This document shows, one piece after another, positions 61,786 through 64,000 of a stretch of 64,000 nt of DNA. The notes under the pieces are model-generated. The model saw only the letters and a program-made list of their open reading frames with translations. It searched no databases and was not told the origin of the DNA. A program made the translations under genes and the position numbers. The stretch lies in NCBI GenBank assembly GCA_051942205.1, contig JAVECO010000002.1, positions 1 through 64,000 of the forward strand, written 5' to 3'. This stretch comes from Coniocarpon cinnabarinum (Eukaryota). Each line of letters begins with the position of its first letter. Position 1 is the first letter of the stretch.

Positions 61786-64000
61786 CGACACGAACTTCCC
61801 TTCGTATCCCGCGAAATGGAAGGGTCGTCTGCCTGCCGCATGCACGGCCCATGCTCTAAAAATTTCCTGTTCGCCGCCTCGAAACTCTGCTTTTGACTGC
61901 ACGTCAAACTTCATGAGTTGGTTCATATCTTTAGGTCGACTGTCCTTGACCCCAGGATACATCAATTGCTTAATAGCAATGTCAGTCCCGACGTTGATTG
62001 TGGGAAGAGTACTGATGCTCGTTCGAAGCATCTGGATTTCTGCATCTGAGACTTGGTCGTATGAGTCGCGGCGCACAGCCGATACCATTCAAGAACCTAT
62101 ATGTGTCTTAACGAAGAAGCTCTACAAAGAACCCAAACCAGTAATAATACACTGATCAATCCGTCGAGAAAAGAGCCCCAACACCCAAAGTCGCGACGAA
62201 GTCTTGGGATTCGAGAACATAGGGTAATCTCTGCGCTGTAGCATTTGAGCCACAAGTCTAAGGTCTCGCCTTGATTTGCATAGGCGTAATGACAGAGCTG
62301 GTTCGATTAGGAGGTGGAGTTTGTTGTGTCTACTCGACAAAGGACTCGCTTAGGCTGAACTTCAAATGGCTTCGGCATGCGTATTGATTTGCGCTTGCGG
62401 CAGGGCGCTGATGTTTACGTCACTCCGTTCACCGCTGCATTTTTCACCTTCATTTTTTGGCGTAAGTCGAGCGTCAGGGTGTTGAGGACGCGTCTGATCG
62501 GTTTGTCAATGGTTTGGCGAGGCTGGGATCAATCTATTTGCGAGCATTTTCTCCATTGCGTGGTTCCATTCTTTGGTTGGTTTGGCGCAGGTTATTGGAA
62601 TGTCACCCAAGGATTCCCGACCGGTATATTGTTTGTTCCGGGCTACGCCCCCCTCCCCCCCCTCCTCCTACTGTTAGAGTGGCCTGCATTGTTCCCTGTC
62701 TTCCTAGTCTCGTCAGCCCCAAGCTCCGGCAGAATGCCAGTCTAGTTATCGCATATCCAGCAGCGAGCTTTCACGGATCCATCTCCATGCTTCGCTCATA
62801 ACCACGTGCATATTCTCCCTCTTGAACAGCAGGGTCCGTCGATTGATCAAGCCAAGTGCGCTGAAGTAAAAGAGGTGTACGACACATATTGCTGCGCAGG
62901 TGGCATCGTCTATGTCAGATTGATTGACACAATTTAAATGCATCTGGAGCGGGAGCTCTGTACACCATTCATGCAGATCTTCTGCATCGACGATGCTCTG
63001 GGCAACGTTTTGTACAGTGGGATGGGGTTGTACAACCAAACGAGCTTTTATACTAGACAAATTAAGGAGTTCGCGGGGTAATAGTGTATGCAAACATCTG
63101 CTTCCGTTTGTCCTTTCTTCGCGAGTCTGTTTCTACATTAGCGGCAGTCAAGACTATCGAATATTCTGACTTACAAGTTGTTCAGGAAAGAGCATACTTG
63201 GAGAAACGTAGCCGAAGGTAGAGGACAGTCAGCTTCCTGCTTTTCAGTAAGCAAAGCCAAGGCTTGCGCAAGGATGTGTCTACCCTTGGACAGTGAGTAG
63301 TGTCTCGAAAGGAGTTCGCATTCTTGTCGCTCACTGTCATCTACATGGAAGCCTCCGGCAAGTAACGCACATGCCATCCCGAGACCAACTATTGCCGAGC
63401 TTTGTAAGTTGCATGGAATCCAATGCATCAGGCATCCTATTGCGAGACCGCTTCGAATGTCGAAAGATAGGTAGACACCTTACGAAGTAGCCAAGGTATA
63501 TTGCCATTTCTCTACTAGCTGATCGGCGTCCGCACTTTAAGCGTTAGAGACACTTACCTATATTAACGATGGCAACTGAGTTTTGTCTAAGGATGCTGCA
63601 TATTGCCAGTAATGCGAGATTTCTTACTCCAGCAACCATATTTGCAGCAATACCGTCTTCGAGAAGATGCTTTGCCATTGTGCATAGTATCTCACCTTGG
63701 ATGTCGGGAATGGAACGTCTCGACTGTTGCGCGCCTGCTGCAGCTACAGCACAGATTTCGCCGAGCACGGCGTTGAATGGCGAATCACGCGTGGAAATTA
63801 TGTGAAGCAATTCTTCTACACGCGCAGTTTAGATCGTCGGAAGGAGGCATCCGGTGCATTGCAGGAAATATTCGAGGGCTTCGTGCCATACTCGGACCTC
63901 ATGAAGTATTGCTCTGGCCGTGCAATACGATAAGGCTTGTCTGGACGCTGAGCGGACGATGCATTTGCTTGCTGTCTGCCACTAAGTCCATCATCAACGG
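61771..64000 (-). CDS. Partial multi-exon gene, probably a fungal-specific (Zn2Cys6-associated) transcription factor; 5' end beyond the window
   Basis: Series of - strand ORFs joined by GTAAGT..CTAAC/CTGAT..AG introns, with helical segments (RNLALLAICSIL, MACALLAG, EDLHEWCTELP). The family call is by resemblance only. Confidence 0.45.

Noticed and set aside
1..64000. tRNA, rRNA or telomerase RNA genes
   Set aside because: No cloverleaf with A/B boxes or rRNA-like sequence was recognised by eye. tRNAscan-SE or Infernal would be needed to exclude them.

Overview
Intron-rich, compact genomic DNA of a filamentous ascomycete (Pezizomycotina; typical GT..CTRAC..AG introns of about 50-60 nt). The first ~41 kb is mostly conserved housekeeping genes: a SAM methyltransferase, COX6, a GT15 mannosyltransferase, an SDR, PP2A-B56, TFIIIC tau95, mitochondrial bL27, an auxilin/Swa2-like protein, VMA1, VPS1, a CTK1-like CDK and dephospho-CoA kinase. 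The last ~23 kb looks accessory: a hAT-type MITE, orphan genes, a GH18 chitinase, a frameshifted NACHT gene and a partial transcription factor. The most notable feature is nearly invisible in the ORF track: a tandem array of five small, multi-exon, highly diverged Pmp3/RCI-like proteolipid genes (14689-21263) that share intron positions. Other leads are a long, highly structured COX6 intron with a possible poison exon, an intron at the VMA1 intein insertion site, an apparent GA-AG intron in the SDR, a cluster of four GTCACGTG sites, and degenerate tandem repeats. All gene models were spliced by hand and no database searches were run.
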